Of a stretch of 64,000 bases of DNA, positions 26,075 through 38,477 are shown piece by piece (positions within the stretch are counted from its first letter, which is position 1; each line of letters starts with the position of its first letter). The DNA comes from Isurus oxyrinchus (lineage: Eukaryota), in contig JANJGN010000006.1 of the NCBI GenBank assembly GCA_026770705.1, forward strand, positions 24,056,001 through 24,120,000. Direction: 5' to 3'. Below the pieces are notes generated by a model, which saw only the letters and a list, made by a program, of their open reading frames with translations, did not search any database and was not told where the DNA came from. A program made the position numbers and the translations under genes.

Positions 26075-26700
26075 GCTATTAGTGCATCTGTGACATCCGG
26101 TCAGCAACGTATGCATCTTGGCCTGGTGGTGGGTGACTCAGCTTCATAATGCCCCTCTTCCTCTTTAATGTTTTCCTCAGCTGAAGATTAGTGATGAGCA
26201 CCTTTGTCTTTCTGCACCTGCATTCCTCCCTGCTGCACAATGTTATGCAGAATGCAGCACACAACTATCATTTAGAAGGCTCTCACTGCGAGTACTGAAG
26301 AGTGCCTCAAGATCCCTGTAGATACCTGCAGCACATCTCCAACCTTCCACTGGTTTGCTGGATGACACACATAGTGATCATGTGGCTTGTGGTAGCTCTC
26401 CTGCATCTCGTCAGCGGAGTTTCTCACATGTATCATGTTACAGTTTGAACGGAATATCTTTTGAACTACCCTAATGTCTGCTTCCTGGAGTAAAAAGATC
26501 TGTAAGTTCAAACTGCTGCAGTATGAATGCATCAAGACAACTCCTACGGACTCTGGCATATACCTGCATGAACCTCTTCTTGTGTTTACCTCAGCTGCAG
26601 TTGATAAAAGACCCTGGTTGATGTGGTCTTCAGATTGCCATGTGTGCAATAAATGGCACCCTGTACATGTAGGAAGCCAGCCAGAGAAACAGATATAAAT
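26075..26700 (-). pseudogene. Harbinger (HARBI1-like DDE) transposase remnant
   Basis: Broken frames AGFLHVQGAIYCTH (cf. GFPxVxGAIDCTH) and MIVVCCILHNI. Confidence 0.75.
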
Positions 26701-27036
26701 GTTTGTACATTCAAGCTGTTGTCATCAAAAGAAGGCTTACAAAATTCCCAGCCCTGATAATCCATTTGCCACCTGCCTTATGCAATTACGTATAATGCAC
26801 TGCAAGGCACTCACGTCTCCATAGTGCCCTGGAAGGAAAAAGAGGCCAAAAATTGAGGGTGTCAAATATGTTGTTCCTAGGTCCTGCATTTAATAGGCCT
26901 TCATTGAGGAGACTGCCTATGACTGCCATCACCCAGTGTGCCAAATTCAGCTTGCAGCAACACTGCTCTCTAAGAGGCCCAGAAATCTCAGGCTCTGTAT
27001 AGCCTGTTATTGACTGTTGCTTTTTGGAACCTCAGC

Positions 27037-27190
27037 CCCTCTGCTGCACACCTCCCTCTTGTGCACCTCCCTCCTGCACACCTCCTTCATGCACACCTCC
27101 CTCCTGCAGACTTCCATCCTGTCCACCCCACTTTTGTACACCTCTCTCCTTTTAGTCTCCCTTCTATGTAGCTTCCTTCTTTGCATCTCC
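27037..27190. repeat. Degenerate 15-bp minisatellite (ctgcacacctccctc), about 10 units
   Basis: Seen directly. It produces the LLHTS / EVCRR periodic translations. Confidence 0.75.
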
Positions 27191-27378
27191 ACTCACCCCC
27201 CCCAACCCAATGTACTTTTCTCCTGTACACCTGCTTATCCCACTGCAGAACATCGTTGACGTTGAGCATATAACTGTCTTCTCCTTCTGCTGTACTATTA
27301 AAAACAACCAATGTGTCTCCATTTTGCTGGTGGCTGTTTAAAAGCTCCAAGGTTCTCCATTATCTATACGGTGACACG

Positions 27379-27999
27379 GGGCAGGGTTTTATGTCCCATG
27401 GGCGGGCACCTGGTCAGGTGTAAAATAGAGCGCAATGACGTCAGGCAAGCATCCTGTTGTCATCACGCACTCGTGCGATATTTCAGTAGGCAGGCACGCA
27501 TGAGAGTCGGCACTGCAACTACCAATTAAGAGGCCTATTAAGGCCCTTAATCAAATAATTGAAAGCTATTTTTCGCTGCCCATCCAGTTTTATGGTTGGC
27601 AGGTGGGCAAATTGGCCAGGCGGCCTTTGGATTTTTCATGAAACCTCATCCACAGGCAGGATGAGGCTTCCAGCAATAACTTAAAAAAAAAATTATACAT
27701 AATTTTTAATATGTCCCTGTTGACGTGACTGACTCAGATGCGGGTTCTCTCATTATTAAATTTGTTATTTTTGTTTCCACAATTCTTCAGCTCCCTGAGG
27801 TAGTTTTGTGGCCTCAGGGAGCTTTCAGTGTGCGCTCCCCCACACACGTGCAGACATTAGCGCCCGCACTCCTCCCACCCCGTTAAGTCACCAGCCAGTG
27901 TGAAACCACAGTTGAAGGCCGATTGTGGGCAGTGGGCCATTTCCTAGCCGCTCCTGGGCCTGCCCGCCACTGCCATGTGACAACCAGAAAATCCTGCCC
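27379..27999. mobile_element. Harbinger-type MITE
   Basis: TIRs GGGCAGGGTTTT...AAAATCCTGCCC. The body shares 'gaaacctcatccac..gcaggatgag' with the other MITEs. Confidence 0.75.
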
Positions 28000-28020
28000 A
28001 GGGACTCTGCTAAATGTTTG

Positions 28021-30403
28021 CATAGAAACGTAGAAACTAAGAGCAGGAGTAGGCCATTCAGCCCTTCGAGTCTCGTCCGCTATTCATTATGATCATGGCT
28101 GATCATCCAACTCAATAACCTGCTCCTGCTTTCTCACCATACCCTTTGATCCCTTTCGACCCAAGAGCTATATCTAACTCCTTGAAAACATACAATATTT
28201 TGGCCTCACTACTTTCTGTGGTAACAAATTCCACAGGCTCACCACTCTCTGGGTGAAGAAATTTCTCCTCATCTCAGACCTAAATGGTCTACCCCATGTC
28301 CTCAGACTGTGACCCCTGGTTCTGGACTCCCCCACCATCAGGAACATCCTTCCTGCATCTACTCTGTCTTGTCCTGTTAGAATTTTATAGGTTTCTATGA
28401 GATCCCCCCTCATTCTTCTGAACTCCAGTGAATATAATCCTAATCGACTCAATCTCTCCTCATATATCAGTCCCGCCATCCCAGGAATCAGTTGGGTAAA
28501 CCTTCGCTGCACTCCCTCTATAGCAAGTACATCATTCCTCAGATAAGGAGACCAAAACTGCACACTATATTCCAGGTGTGGTCTCACCAAGGCCCTCTAC
28601 AATTGCAGCAAGACATCTTTGTTCCTGTACTTGAATCCCCTGGCTATGAAGGCCAACACACCATTTGCCTTCTTTACCGCCTGCTGCACCTGCATGCAAC
28701 TGGTGTACAAGGACACCCAGGTCTCGTTGCACATTCCCCTCTCTCAATTATAGCCATTCAGATAATAATCTGCCTTTCTGTTTTTGCTACCAAAATTGAT
28801 GACCTCACATTTATTCACATTATACTGCATCTGCCATGCATTTGCCCACTCACTCAGCTTGTCCAAATTACACTGAAGCATCTCTGCATCCTCCTCACAG
28901 CTCACCTTCCCACCCAGCTTTGTATCATCTGCAAATTTGGAGATATTACATTTAATTCCCTCATCTAAATCATTAATATATATTGTAAATAACTGGGGTC
29001 CCTGCACCGATCCCTGAGGTACCCACTAGTCACTGCCTGCTATTCGGATAAAGACCCGTTTATTCCTACTCTTTCCTGTAAGTCAACCAGTTTTCTATCC
29101 ATCTCAATACACTACCCCTAATCCCATGCACTTTAATTTTACACGCCAATCTCTTATGTGGGACTTTGTCGAAAGCCTTCTGAAATTCCAAATAAACCAC
29201 ACCCACTGGCTCCCCCTCATCAACTCTACTAGTTACATTCTTGAAAAATTCCAGTCGATTTGTCAAGCATGATTTCCCTTTCGTAAATCCATGCTGACTC
29301 TGTCTGATTCTGCCACTGTTTTCCATGTGCTCAGCTATTAAATCTTTTCTAATGGACTCTAGAATTTTTCCCACTACCGACATCAGGCGAAAAACAAAAA
29401 ACTGCGGATGCTGGAAATCCAAAACAAAAACAGAATTACCTGGAAAAACTCAGCAGGTCTGGCAGCATCGGCGGTGAAGAAAAGAATTGACGCTTTGAGT
29501 CCTCATGACCCTTCCAAGGAGAGAAATGGAAAGCAATGAAGGTGAGCAAGGCGAAAGAGAGATACGGAAATCTTGTCGCAGAGACGAACAGAACTTCTTC
29601 AAGGAAGGCATTTCTTGAAGAACAGTGGCAGTCAATTAAACACAGATAAAAACAAAAAACTGCAGATGCTGGAAATCCAAAACAAAAACAGAATTACCTG
29701 GAAAAACTCAGCAGGTCTGGCAGCATTGACGGAGAAGAAAAGAGTTGATGTTTTGAGTCCTCATGACCCTTCGAAAGGTCATGAGGACTCGAAACGTCAA
29801 CTCTTTTCTTCTCCGCCGATGCTGCCAGACCTGCTGAGTTTTACTGACATCAGGCTGACTGGTCTATAATTCCCTGTTTTCTCTCTGCCTCCCTTTTTAA
29901 ATAGTGGGGTAACATTAGCTACCCTCCAATCTGTAGGAACTGTTCCAGAGTCTATAGAATCTCGGAAGATGACCACCAATACATCCACTGTTTCTAAGGC
30001 CACTTCCTTAAGTACTCTGGGATGTAGATTATCAGGCCTGGGGGATTTATCTGCCTTCAATCCCATCAATTTCTCCAACACCATTTCCGTACTAATACTG
30101 ATTTCTTTCAGTTCCTCCCTCTCACTAAACCCTGTGTTCCCCAACATTTCTGGTATGTTATTAGTGTCCTCCTTTGTGAAGACAGAACCAAAGTATGTAT
30201 TTAGTTGGTCAGCCATTTCTTTGTTCCCCATTATAAATTCCCTTGTTTCTGAATGTAAGGGACCTACATTTGTCTTCACCAATCTTTTTCTCTTCATATA
30301 CCTATAGAAATTTTTACAGTCAGTTTTTATGTTCCCTGCAAGCTTACTCTCATACTCTATTTTCCCCTTCTTAATCAATCCCTTGGTCTTCCTTTGCTGA
30401 ATT
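28021..30403 (-). mobile_element. 5'-truncated CR1 LINE interrupted by a Penelope-like insertion
   Basis: KSPRPDNLHPRVLKE, NYRPVSL, QHGFTKGKSCLTN, KAFDKVPH, KFADDTKLGG, RPHLEYSVQFWSP. Tail (catagaaa)n on +. Confidence 0.95.
29389..29841 (-). mobile_element. Penelope-like insertion: tandem partial pLTRs with inverted 5' end
   Basis: Direct repeat of about 125 bp (29389-29515 and 29648-29772), fold-back 29703-29842, and TSD tac(c/t)gacatcaggc at 29375-29388 and 29842-29855 within the CR1 RT. Confidence 0.85.
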
Positions 30404-30531
30404 ATCCCTTGGTCTTCCTTTGCTGAATTAATCCCTTGGTGCTCCTTTGCTGAATTATCCCTTGGTGCTCCTTTGCTGAATTAATCCATTGGTGCTCCTT
30501 TGCTGAATTAATCCCTTGGTCTTCATTTGCC
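30378..30531. repeat. Tandem 26-27 bp repeat (atcccttggtcttcctttgctgaatt), about 6 units, at the CR1 5' junction
   Basis: Seen directly. The unit is contiguous with CR1 ORF2 sequence. Confidence 0.9.
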
Positions 30532-30929
30532 AAAGACAACTGACAACACAACTGTGAAAACAGAGTCTTGATTCATTTTGGCCTATCAGAAGTTGATAGG
30601 CCTCTACGAATTGCATCTGCAACTTGGCTCATCATTATGGTCACTTTCCCGAGGAATCCTGTGCTGGAGCCAGTAAATATGAAGGAAAGTTAAGTTCCTG
30701 TGCAAACCGCTCAATTGCATCGAGTTATCACTTTAAATGTTGTCTTCACTACCCACCCATCCAAGCTAGTGATCACAGCAACACCAATGAACATGTTACT
30801 GACAAGCAGCCAAAGTAAAACGGGGAAGTCAGCGCATTGGAGCTATGTTGCAGTGGCAATTACATTTTTTGCTGCATCTGAACCCAACATACCAGTTTCT
30901 GCCTGTTAGAGTTACCTCCATCGCATCCA

Positions 30930-31570
30930 ACTCATTCAATCATTTCTGAACTGCCTCCTCTGATTCCACTGCTTCTCTTTGTTTGATATCATTGGCAAAT
31001 TTAAAACTTGTTGAGGCCAATGTTCAAGTTCATTGCACTCTCTGTGAACGTGTTCACAGATAGTGATGGACTGAGAAAAGGGGCTTGTTTGTGCTTGAGC
31101 CGCATTTCCAGTGGGGGCTGCAGAAGGATCCTGCCTGAAGTATACAGGAGTTTCATTTCTCCTGAGTTTCAGGAACTAAGTCAGTATTAATTGAGAAACA
31201 GCAGTGGACCCAACAGCAAACCCCACTCAGCACTTCTCGCCATCATGAAATAGCTTCCTTAAATACTTTTATTTCCTGTCTTTCACCTAATTTCTTATCC
31301 AATCTCAAGGTATAGCCCACACACCCAAAGTTTGTGTTTAACTAATGACCTTTTTGAAATGCTTTTTGCAAGTCTGGCTCCATCATTTCATAAGACTTGG
31401 GATGCTTCTTCCTTAAAGACTCTTCCTCAAACCTTAAGGGGGTTGGTCCAACAGGATTTTCATCTTATGATTCCTGTTGCTATACGAAAAATCCTCAAAT
31501 GTTTTCCTGATAATCAATTCCATTAACCTTACTTTCATTCCTTGTAAAATAATGGGTTTGTGCCAGGACC
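30930..31570 (-). mobile_element. Ancient CR1-like RT remnant split by a 154-bp insertion
   Basis: Minus strand gives VLSGV..LLGPLLFL..DL (31240-31175) and KFANDIK..AVESEEAVQK (31003-30945), i.e. the GPLLF / KFADDTK motifs. Confidence 0.6.
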
Positions 31571-32088
31571 AGTAAATATAGTTGGTGACATATCAGTAGT
31601 TGCAGTCAGCATATGCTAGCTGATCTCCCTGGTTTGCTTTCCTTTATGAATGCTTTTGAAAGCGGAACATATTTTAATTGGTGTATTTCCAGGGAAGCAG
31701 CCAACATCATGTTTAGTTGGGTAATCTCACATATCATTAGTGTAATTGGACCTGCTGTCTCAGCTTCTTTCAGAAATGACAGCCTCTGCATCTCCTAATC
31801 ATCTGTCAAAGTGTATGTTCATATTTTGCTTGTGGATGCAGGTAGCATTGGTTCTGGTGGATGGGCACAAAGTGTGTCACGTGAAGCTCAATCTTCCTGC
31901 CATCGCTTTGTTGGCCCTTCTCTTCTTCCAGACACCTGAAATGGAAGGATTCCTGCTGGGAAACTATTTGGTGCCAGTAATGGAGCAAAAAATTAATTAA
32001 TAAAGACAAATTACCAGATGGGGAAAAAAACAGGGAGCATATGCCCAGTAAGCATTTAGTTAATTTGAAGAGTACAGTAGTGTAAGAT

Positions 32089-32272
32089 GGGTGGCGCAAT
32101 GATGCAGTGGTTAGTGCTGCTACCCTATAGCTCCAGGGACCCGGGTTTGATCCTGACCTCGGGTGCCTGTGTGGAGTTTGCGCATTCTCGCGTGTCTGTA
32201 CGGCTTTCCTCTGGGCGCTCCAATTTCTTCCCAACGTCCAAAGACGTGCTGGTTAGGTGGATTGGCTATGAT
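32089..32272 (+). mobile_element. V-SINE (HE1-like), truncated by the gap
   Basis: tRNA-like head with A and B boxes ('cagtggttag', 'gggtttgatcc') and V-domain 'tgtgtggagtttgcgcattctc...ttaggtggattggc'. Confidence 0.85.
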
Positions 32273-32446
32273 NNNNNNNNNNNNNNNNNNNNNNNNNNNN
32301 NNNNNNNNNNNNNNNNNNNNNNNNNNNNNNNNNNNNNNNNNNNNNNNNNNNNNNNNNNNNNNNNNNNNNNNNNNNNNNNNNNNNNNNNNNNNNNNNNNNN
32401 NNNNNNNNNNNNNNNNNNNNNNNNNNNNNNNNNNNNNNNNNNNNNN
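32273..32446. other. Assembly gap (174 N)
   Basis: Run of N. Confidence 1.
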
Positions 32447-32871
32447 CCATCCTGAGTGTACTCCATCTGAGTGTATCCCGTTGCCTGTCGGGATAGGAAT
32501 TGGATGAAACAATTCTGGAAAAGTGAGTGAATAAGTAATGTAAGATTAACTATTTCCCGATCCCTGCTCACCCTGGATGCCCAACTGTTGGGAACATAAT
32601 GAAGGTTAGATCTCTTGCCTGGTTAAGTGTCAGAACTTGGTGTGGTGGATATCCCCACCCAAATGAAACTCCTGTATACTTCAGACAGCACCCTTCTGCA
32701 GCCCCCACTGGAAATGTGGTTCAAGCACAAACAAGCCCCTTTTCTCAATCCATCACTATCTGTGAACAAGTCCACAGAGGGTGTAATGAACTTGAACATT
32801 GGCCTCAATAAGTTCTATTCTCACTTTAAAAACACTGATGCATTAAAGTACGTGGGCACACTGAACTCGTT

Positions 32872-33525
32872 GGGCAGAATTTTGCCATCAGCGGGCAGGG
32901 GGTGGGGATCACTCGGGCGGAACCCCCAACGTCATCCCACCCCATTTAAATTTTCAGGAAGGTGGGGGCGCAGCAAAATCAGCTGTGGGCCAACAGACCT
33001 ATCAATGGCCAATTGAGGCCATTGACAGGATCAATTAAACAATTAAAGGACCTGCCTGTCCAACCTTAAGGTTGGCTGGTCGGCCAGGAGCCCCGGCGGC
33101 AAATAGATAAAACATGAAACCTCATCCACCGGCGGGATGAGGTTTCATGCAGGGTTTTAAAAAGTTTAATAAAGTTATTCTGTAAATTATGAACATGCCC
33201 CATCTCATGTGACATTGTCACATGAGGGGGCATGTTAGGGATTTTTTTTTTTCCAATTTTAATATTGTTCAAAGTGTCAGTGATCTCCCTGAGGCTGCAC
33301 TTAGCCTCAGGTAGATGTGCGCTCTTTCAAGCGCTTTTAGGGAATCCCCCACCCCACCCGCGCAGGAAACGTATAGCGTTTCCCGCCGGACATCACGCTG
33401 GGCGGGCCTTAATTGACCTGCCCACATAAAATGGTGGTGTGGCCCGCTTCGCTGGTGGGGATCAGCGCCCCGCCCACTGGAGATTGGGTCGGACCCACCC
33501 GCCCGGCAGGCAGAAGATTCTGCCC
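32872..33525. mobile_element. Harbinger-type MITE
   Basis: TIRs GGGCAGAATTTT...AAGATTCTGCCC. Confidence 0.85.
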
Positions 33526-35779
33526 TTTGTGTTTCTTTACTATTTTGCAAAATACCAAAATTTAATTACTTCATACTTTCATGGGCCCATTTCCACTCAT
33601 GGATGCATATAACAAACAGTTAAGGAGAATGACTAAGGGCTTAAAAAAGGTATCGCACAGAATATAAGAAGGACCAGACTGTGAGCTAAGAGCAGTATCT
33701 TCAGAGCTGGATATTTAAAGAATTAATTTTTAAAACAGAGAGGTAAAACAAAGAGAACTTGGAGCCATGATAAATCATTGTAACGGAGTACTAATTCTGA
33801 AATGGCCACAAAGTCAATCTTCTCAGGACAGGAAAGGAACAGAGGGCAGGGTTAGGAGTCCCATACGATTTCAAGATTCTATGTTTTACAAGTGATCAAT
33901 ATTCACTGTGACATCGTAATATTGTGCCACATAACGAGTACGTTAGTATTAGCTTATCTCTAATTTATTTCAGTCAGAAAAATATTACACATTGCTCATG
34001 GTGCATGTGTTGCATTATAAGGATGGTGATTGCTCGTTCCTGGCCTTCCTTGGATGTCACATCATTTCTTCAATATCCCCCTCAATGGGGATGCAAATGT
34101 ATCAGTTTGTATACACACAACTAAGCACCACTTGACGAAGTTATTACTCTGTTTAATAGGGCTGCAGAGTGACCTTTCCACTCCAATTATACCCTTTGTC
34201 TTGTTTGGACCCCAGTCAATTAGTCTTAAAATAATGAAATCCATTTAGCTGAATACTATGAAGTTCTGCTATGGCAATTAGTCATTGTTTTTCATATTTA
34301 TAGGCTCATTATAAATACAAAGTGTGAACTGTTGTAGTATAGGACTAAGCAGGTTTAGAAGACTGAAGTAATTAATAAAGTATTTGGCGAAGATTTCACT
34401 TTTGATGGTTCATTTATTGTCACAGGTCGAGAATTCAAAACTGACCCCTTTGAAGCAGCGACACGAAACATTTGTGAATTCTAGGTTAATTTCATAAATT
34501 CAAGGTCAATGAGCCAATGAAACTGCACATGGACCAGTGCTACATGTAAAATGCAAGATGTTAGCCAGAGAGTCTGTACTTTGTAGACCTGATATGAAAC
34601 AACTTTCTCTGCGGTACCTTAACTCTTCTTAAATGAAGCAAAGCCAGCAGTTGTGCAAAGCATTACAACCAATCAATACCATCAAAGGCCCAGACATTCA
34701 TATCCTGAGCTCGTAAAAGGCTTGTCCTTGTGATGGACAAGGCCCAAATTAAAATGTTAGCTTCTCAGTGGAGGACATGCTCTAGTATTTTATTAGGAAC
34801 TCTGGATATAGACCTATAAATTGCACACGATAGCAGATTGCAGCTTTAAGTCTGATGCTTAACAAATTATCTTCAGATGTGAAGTCTAATACCAGACAGG
34901 GTGGGCAGAAATCAGGATTATTGGATGCTCGGCAGTGACAGTATGAACCCTTTTTTATACTTGAAGGTAGGCCACTAGTCAAGAAAAATGTCACTGCCTA
35001 CATTTTCTAGTATGTAAATAGATGCTGGGAGCTTTTGAGGCTAACTGGCCCATTTTCTGTCATGGGGAATATGTGAAATTGTTGCTCTCTTGGTCCAATC
35101 AGGATCAGTGAAATTTGAATTGTTGGCATGTACAGCAAATAATTCTTCAGTAGCAAGGTGAACTCAACACCAGAGGGCTAGGGCATGTGCTCATGGTCAC
35201 AATTCTTCATTTAGAGATTTTCTAGCATCTCTTTAGTCATTAAAAGGAAGTGAAGCCTAAAGCACTTGCTCAAAGGGTAGGAGTGAAAATTAAAGGGCCT
35301 GTTACTGTGGGTCACTCCTGAATGCCTTCTATTGATAGGTTAAAGAATGTCAGTGAAAGATACCCTCGAGCACAATGCCTAGCTGCTCAGCATGAGACGA
35401 GGAAAGGATCATTATGTGGAATTGAATACACTTCCAGGAGTGGGCTGGGAGGCAGGGGGGTGGGGGTGGGGGTGGGGTGGGGCGGGGCTGGTGCACAGGC
35501 TGCACTGTACATTAGGGCAGGAAAGCTGAGCGTGCAGAGCCTGTCACCTTCCTGACTCCCAGCAATTAAATCCAGGGTGGAAAGGGTTGAGGATGGCCTT
35601 TACCACTTATCTGTGTTCTAGGGCACCAGCGATGATCCTTCTTCTGGGGCCTACTGCAGTTTGTGTACTGCAGAAAGTGGCCATTCCCATGGTGGCGTGA
35701 CAGGACTGGAGAACTTCCAGCCTCTGATAGGTGAGTATTTCCTCCTTCCTCCTGCAGGCCCCAGGGACCCTGTCGGCAA

Positions 35780-36710
35780 TCACCACCCCCGCTCTGGCTG
35801 GAGGAGGTCCATCAATCTCACCACTCAGACTTGGAAGGCAATGGCAGTCATGGTCAGTGCCAAAGCTGCACATAAGATGTTGGTCATCCAGTGCAGAAAG
35901 AGGATGAATGACCTCATCTGAACCGCCAGAGTAAGGCAACCACCTCATCACTCTAAACTCACACACTCACAAGCTCATCACACATTCACTGGCATCTCAT
36001 TCACTGACAGCTCAAGGCACATCACCCCTCACTCTCTCATACACATCCTCACATCTCCATCTGGCCTCATCTCCTCTGGAGACTGCCTCCTCAGCCCTCA
36101 CCATCTTGAGGCCATTTGCACAGATCAACATGTGCCCCCACACATACGCTGGGATACCCTCCTTCCCCAGTACAGCAAATGTCCTGGATCCTCTTCCCTT
36201 GCCTGAGGCCACTTCTCCCCCTTCCCCAAACAAGGCCCTAGCCCTGCAGTCATTGAAAAGCCACCCTGCCTTATGACTGGTCTGGTAGGTGGACACCTGT
36301 CCGTGTACCCCCACTAAAAGGGATATGGTGCTGCCTGCAAAGCCTGGCACTGATGACAGCGAGTGCTGCCTGAAGCAAAGTATGCCAATGAACCTCGAAG
36401 TCCTGAGCAAAGAGCAGCTCGCCAAGTGCACGTCACTTATGTGTCCATTATGAAACTTGCTGGCGTGATCTAATGATCCAGCGTGGGGGTGCTGATTCTG
36501 GTGAGTAGGGATTATAATGAGATGCTAAAGTATTGAAATTAGGCTCCCAATTGTGCGGTGGTGGGAAACATGGCCCATCATTAACAGCTGGAGCGGCCAA
36601 TCGCAGACTGGTTTTGCCACGATGTGAAATCGATTTTTGTGATCTCCAGATATTTTCTGCTGCCACCAACTATGACACCTGCTGCAAACGGGAATGGAAA
36701 ATCCTGGTCT
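35780..36710 (+). mobile_element. Harbinger derivative with Myb/SANT-like ORF remnant
   Basis: PRSGWRRSINLTTQTWKAMAVMVSAKAAHKMLVIQCRKRMNDLI. The 5' part matches 41780-42000 and the 3' part matches 56480-56640. Confidence 0.75.
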
Positions 36711-37046
36711 TGGTATACCAGTGACCAAATATATTTTAAGTCAGACTTAGACAGTGGTGAGACTGAAGAACAATAGCTCACATTGTGATTTATCCTCTCT
36801 CCTAGCTTTAGTTTATCACTTCCCTCTGACAGCAGACCCAAGACTGGAAGCTAATTATCTATGGAACACATAGCCACATATTTATATTATGCAACTGTAT
36901 TTAACACATATGTGCTTCGATTTTTTTTTCATTGCTGTGTTTTCCATCAGTGTTTCCTACTTTGTTTCATGTTCCTTTCTCTCTTTGCCTTTTTCCATTT
37001 TAGACTGTAGCTTTCTTCGTCTCTTCTACCCAGATCTTTCCTCCTG

Positions 37047-37173
37047 ATAAAAACAAAACAAAACTGCGGATGCTGGAAATCCAAAACAAAAACAGAATTA
37101 CCTGGAAAAACTCAGCAGGTCTGGCAGCATCGGCGGAGAAGAAAAGAGTTGACGTTTCGAGTCCTCATGACCC
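37047..37173 (-). mobile_element. Short Penelope-like pLTR insertion
   Basis: Near-identical to 29389-29513, with TSD tcctcctg at 37039-37046 and 37174-37181. Confidence 0.85.
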
Positions 37174-37682
37174 TCCTCCTGTCTTTTCTCACTTGTCTGA
37201 GCCCAACTCCGTAGCCCTGGTGCTGAGGAACAATCAAGGCTCCAATACCAACCACCTCAAGACCCTCAACCTGTGCTTCTCTACTTCCTAATCAAGGTCC
37301 ATGAGCTGGAGCAGCTGAGATGAAGAAATGGGCTGGTGAGTGCATGAAATAAGAACATTTTTACAAAGTACTTTAAAAACAGAGTTTCATATATACAATG
37401 TATTATATGTTGATTTATACCAAGCAAACTTTAATAATTATATACTGAATGTTACTATGCTTTTTTTGTTGGCATCTGGGGTCACATCAATTTTCAAGTG
37501 TTAAAATAGGTTCATATTGAAAAATAGCTTGGGCAGCTCTGAATTTGATCATGACTGATACAAAATCATAACTTCATTGGTTCAATAACCCTTAGCCACT
37601 TTGCTCAACAAAAATAAATCAAGTTCATTTGACATCATCAATTGGCCCAGTCTCAACAGCTTTTTGGGGAAAGATGTTCCAG

Positions 37683-38373
37683 GGGCAGGAATTTTAGGTC
37701 GCTGTGCGGGTGTGATTGGTGGGCCCAGAAGGGTCCAGGGAATGGATCGCCATCAGCGATTGGCCCTCCGACTGCGATTTCATGCTGACTGGCCAATTAA
37801 CGGCCAGCTAGTGTGAAGCACACGCTGAAATGCTCAGCGCTGCCGGGGTGAGGTCGGAAGGAGGGTGGGCACTGACATAAGCATGGATGCTGGGGAGCAT
37901 TGAATGAAGGGCTTCCCTGAAGGCAGAGAGCTGCCTCAGGGAGCTGAAGAATTTAAGACCGACAAATAAAGATTTTAAAATCCGGGGAGAAAAGTCCACG
38001 CGTCAGAATCAGTCACCTGAACATATATGTGATAAAAATTCTGTCCATGCATTTTTATCTTTTTAAATTTAATAACGGAAAGCTCATGCTGCCCTTGGAT
38101 GAGGTTTGGTCAGAAATGCAAAGTCCACCAGGCAGATTCGCCTGTCCCCCCAACCATAAGTTTGGACGGGCTGTGAAAAATCGGGGCAGTTACAACTTTA
38201 AAGGGCTTAAGTTCCCTCTTAATTGTCGGCGGGTGCACTTCCAACCTTTGCTTGGGCACGCCGACTGAATTATCACGCGAGCGCGGGATGACATCAGGAC
38301 GCTCGCCCGACATCATCACACGCTATTTCACGAGTTGGGCGCGCTCTCACAAGCCAACATGCAAATTCTGCCC
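37683..38373. mobile_element. Harbinger-type MITE inserted in an old CR1 fragment
   Basis: TIRs GGGCAGGAATTT...AAATTCTGCCC with a perfect 3-bp TSD CAG. Confidence 0.9.
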
Positions 38374-38477
38374 CAGATTTCCATTATTCCCATGTTTTGA
38401 ACTGGAGAAAACAGTTTCTCTCTGCCTATCCTCTTAAACACCTCATTAGCATATGGTGCAGTCAGTAAGCTTACATG

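Noticed and set aside
32089-32165. tRNA gene
   Set aside because: The tRNA-like A and B boxes are SINE heads (also 8225 and 40891), with no cloverleaf.
32087-32571. ORFs spanning X runs
   Set aside because: Artefacts of the N gap.
31005-32814. 1.8-kb DNA transposon with 154-bp TIRs
   Set aside because: No TSD, and the host CR1 continues on the inner side of the left arm, so only that arm is inserted.
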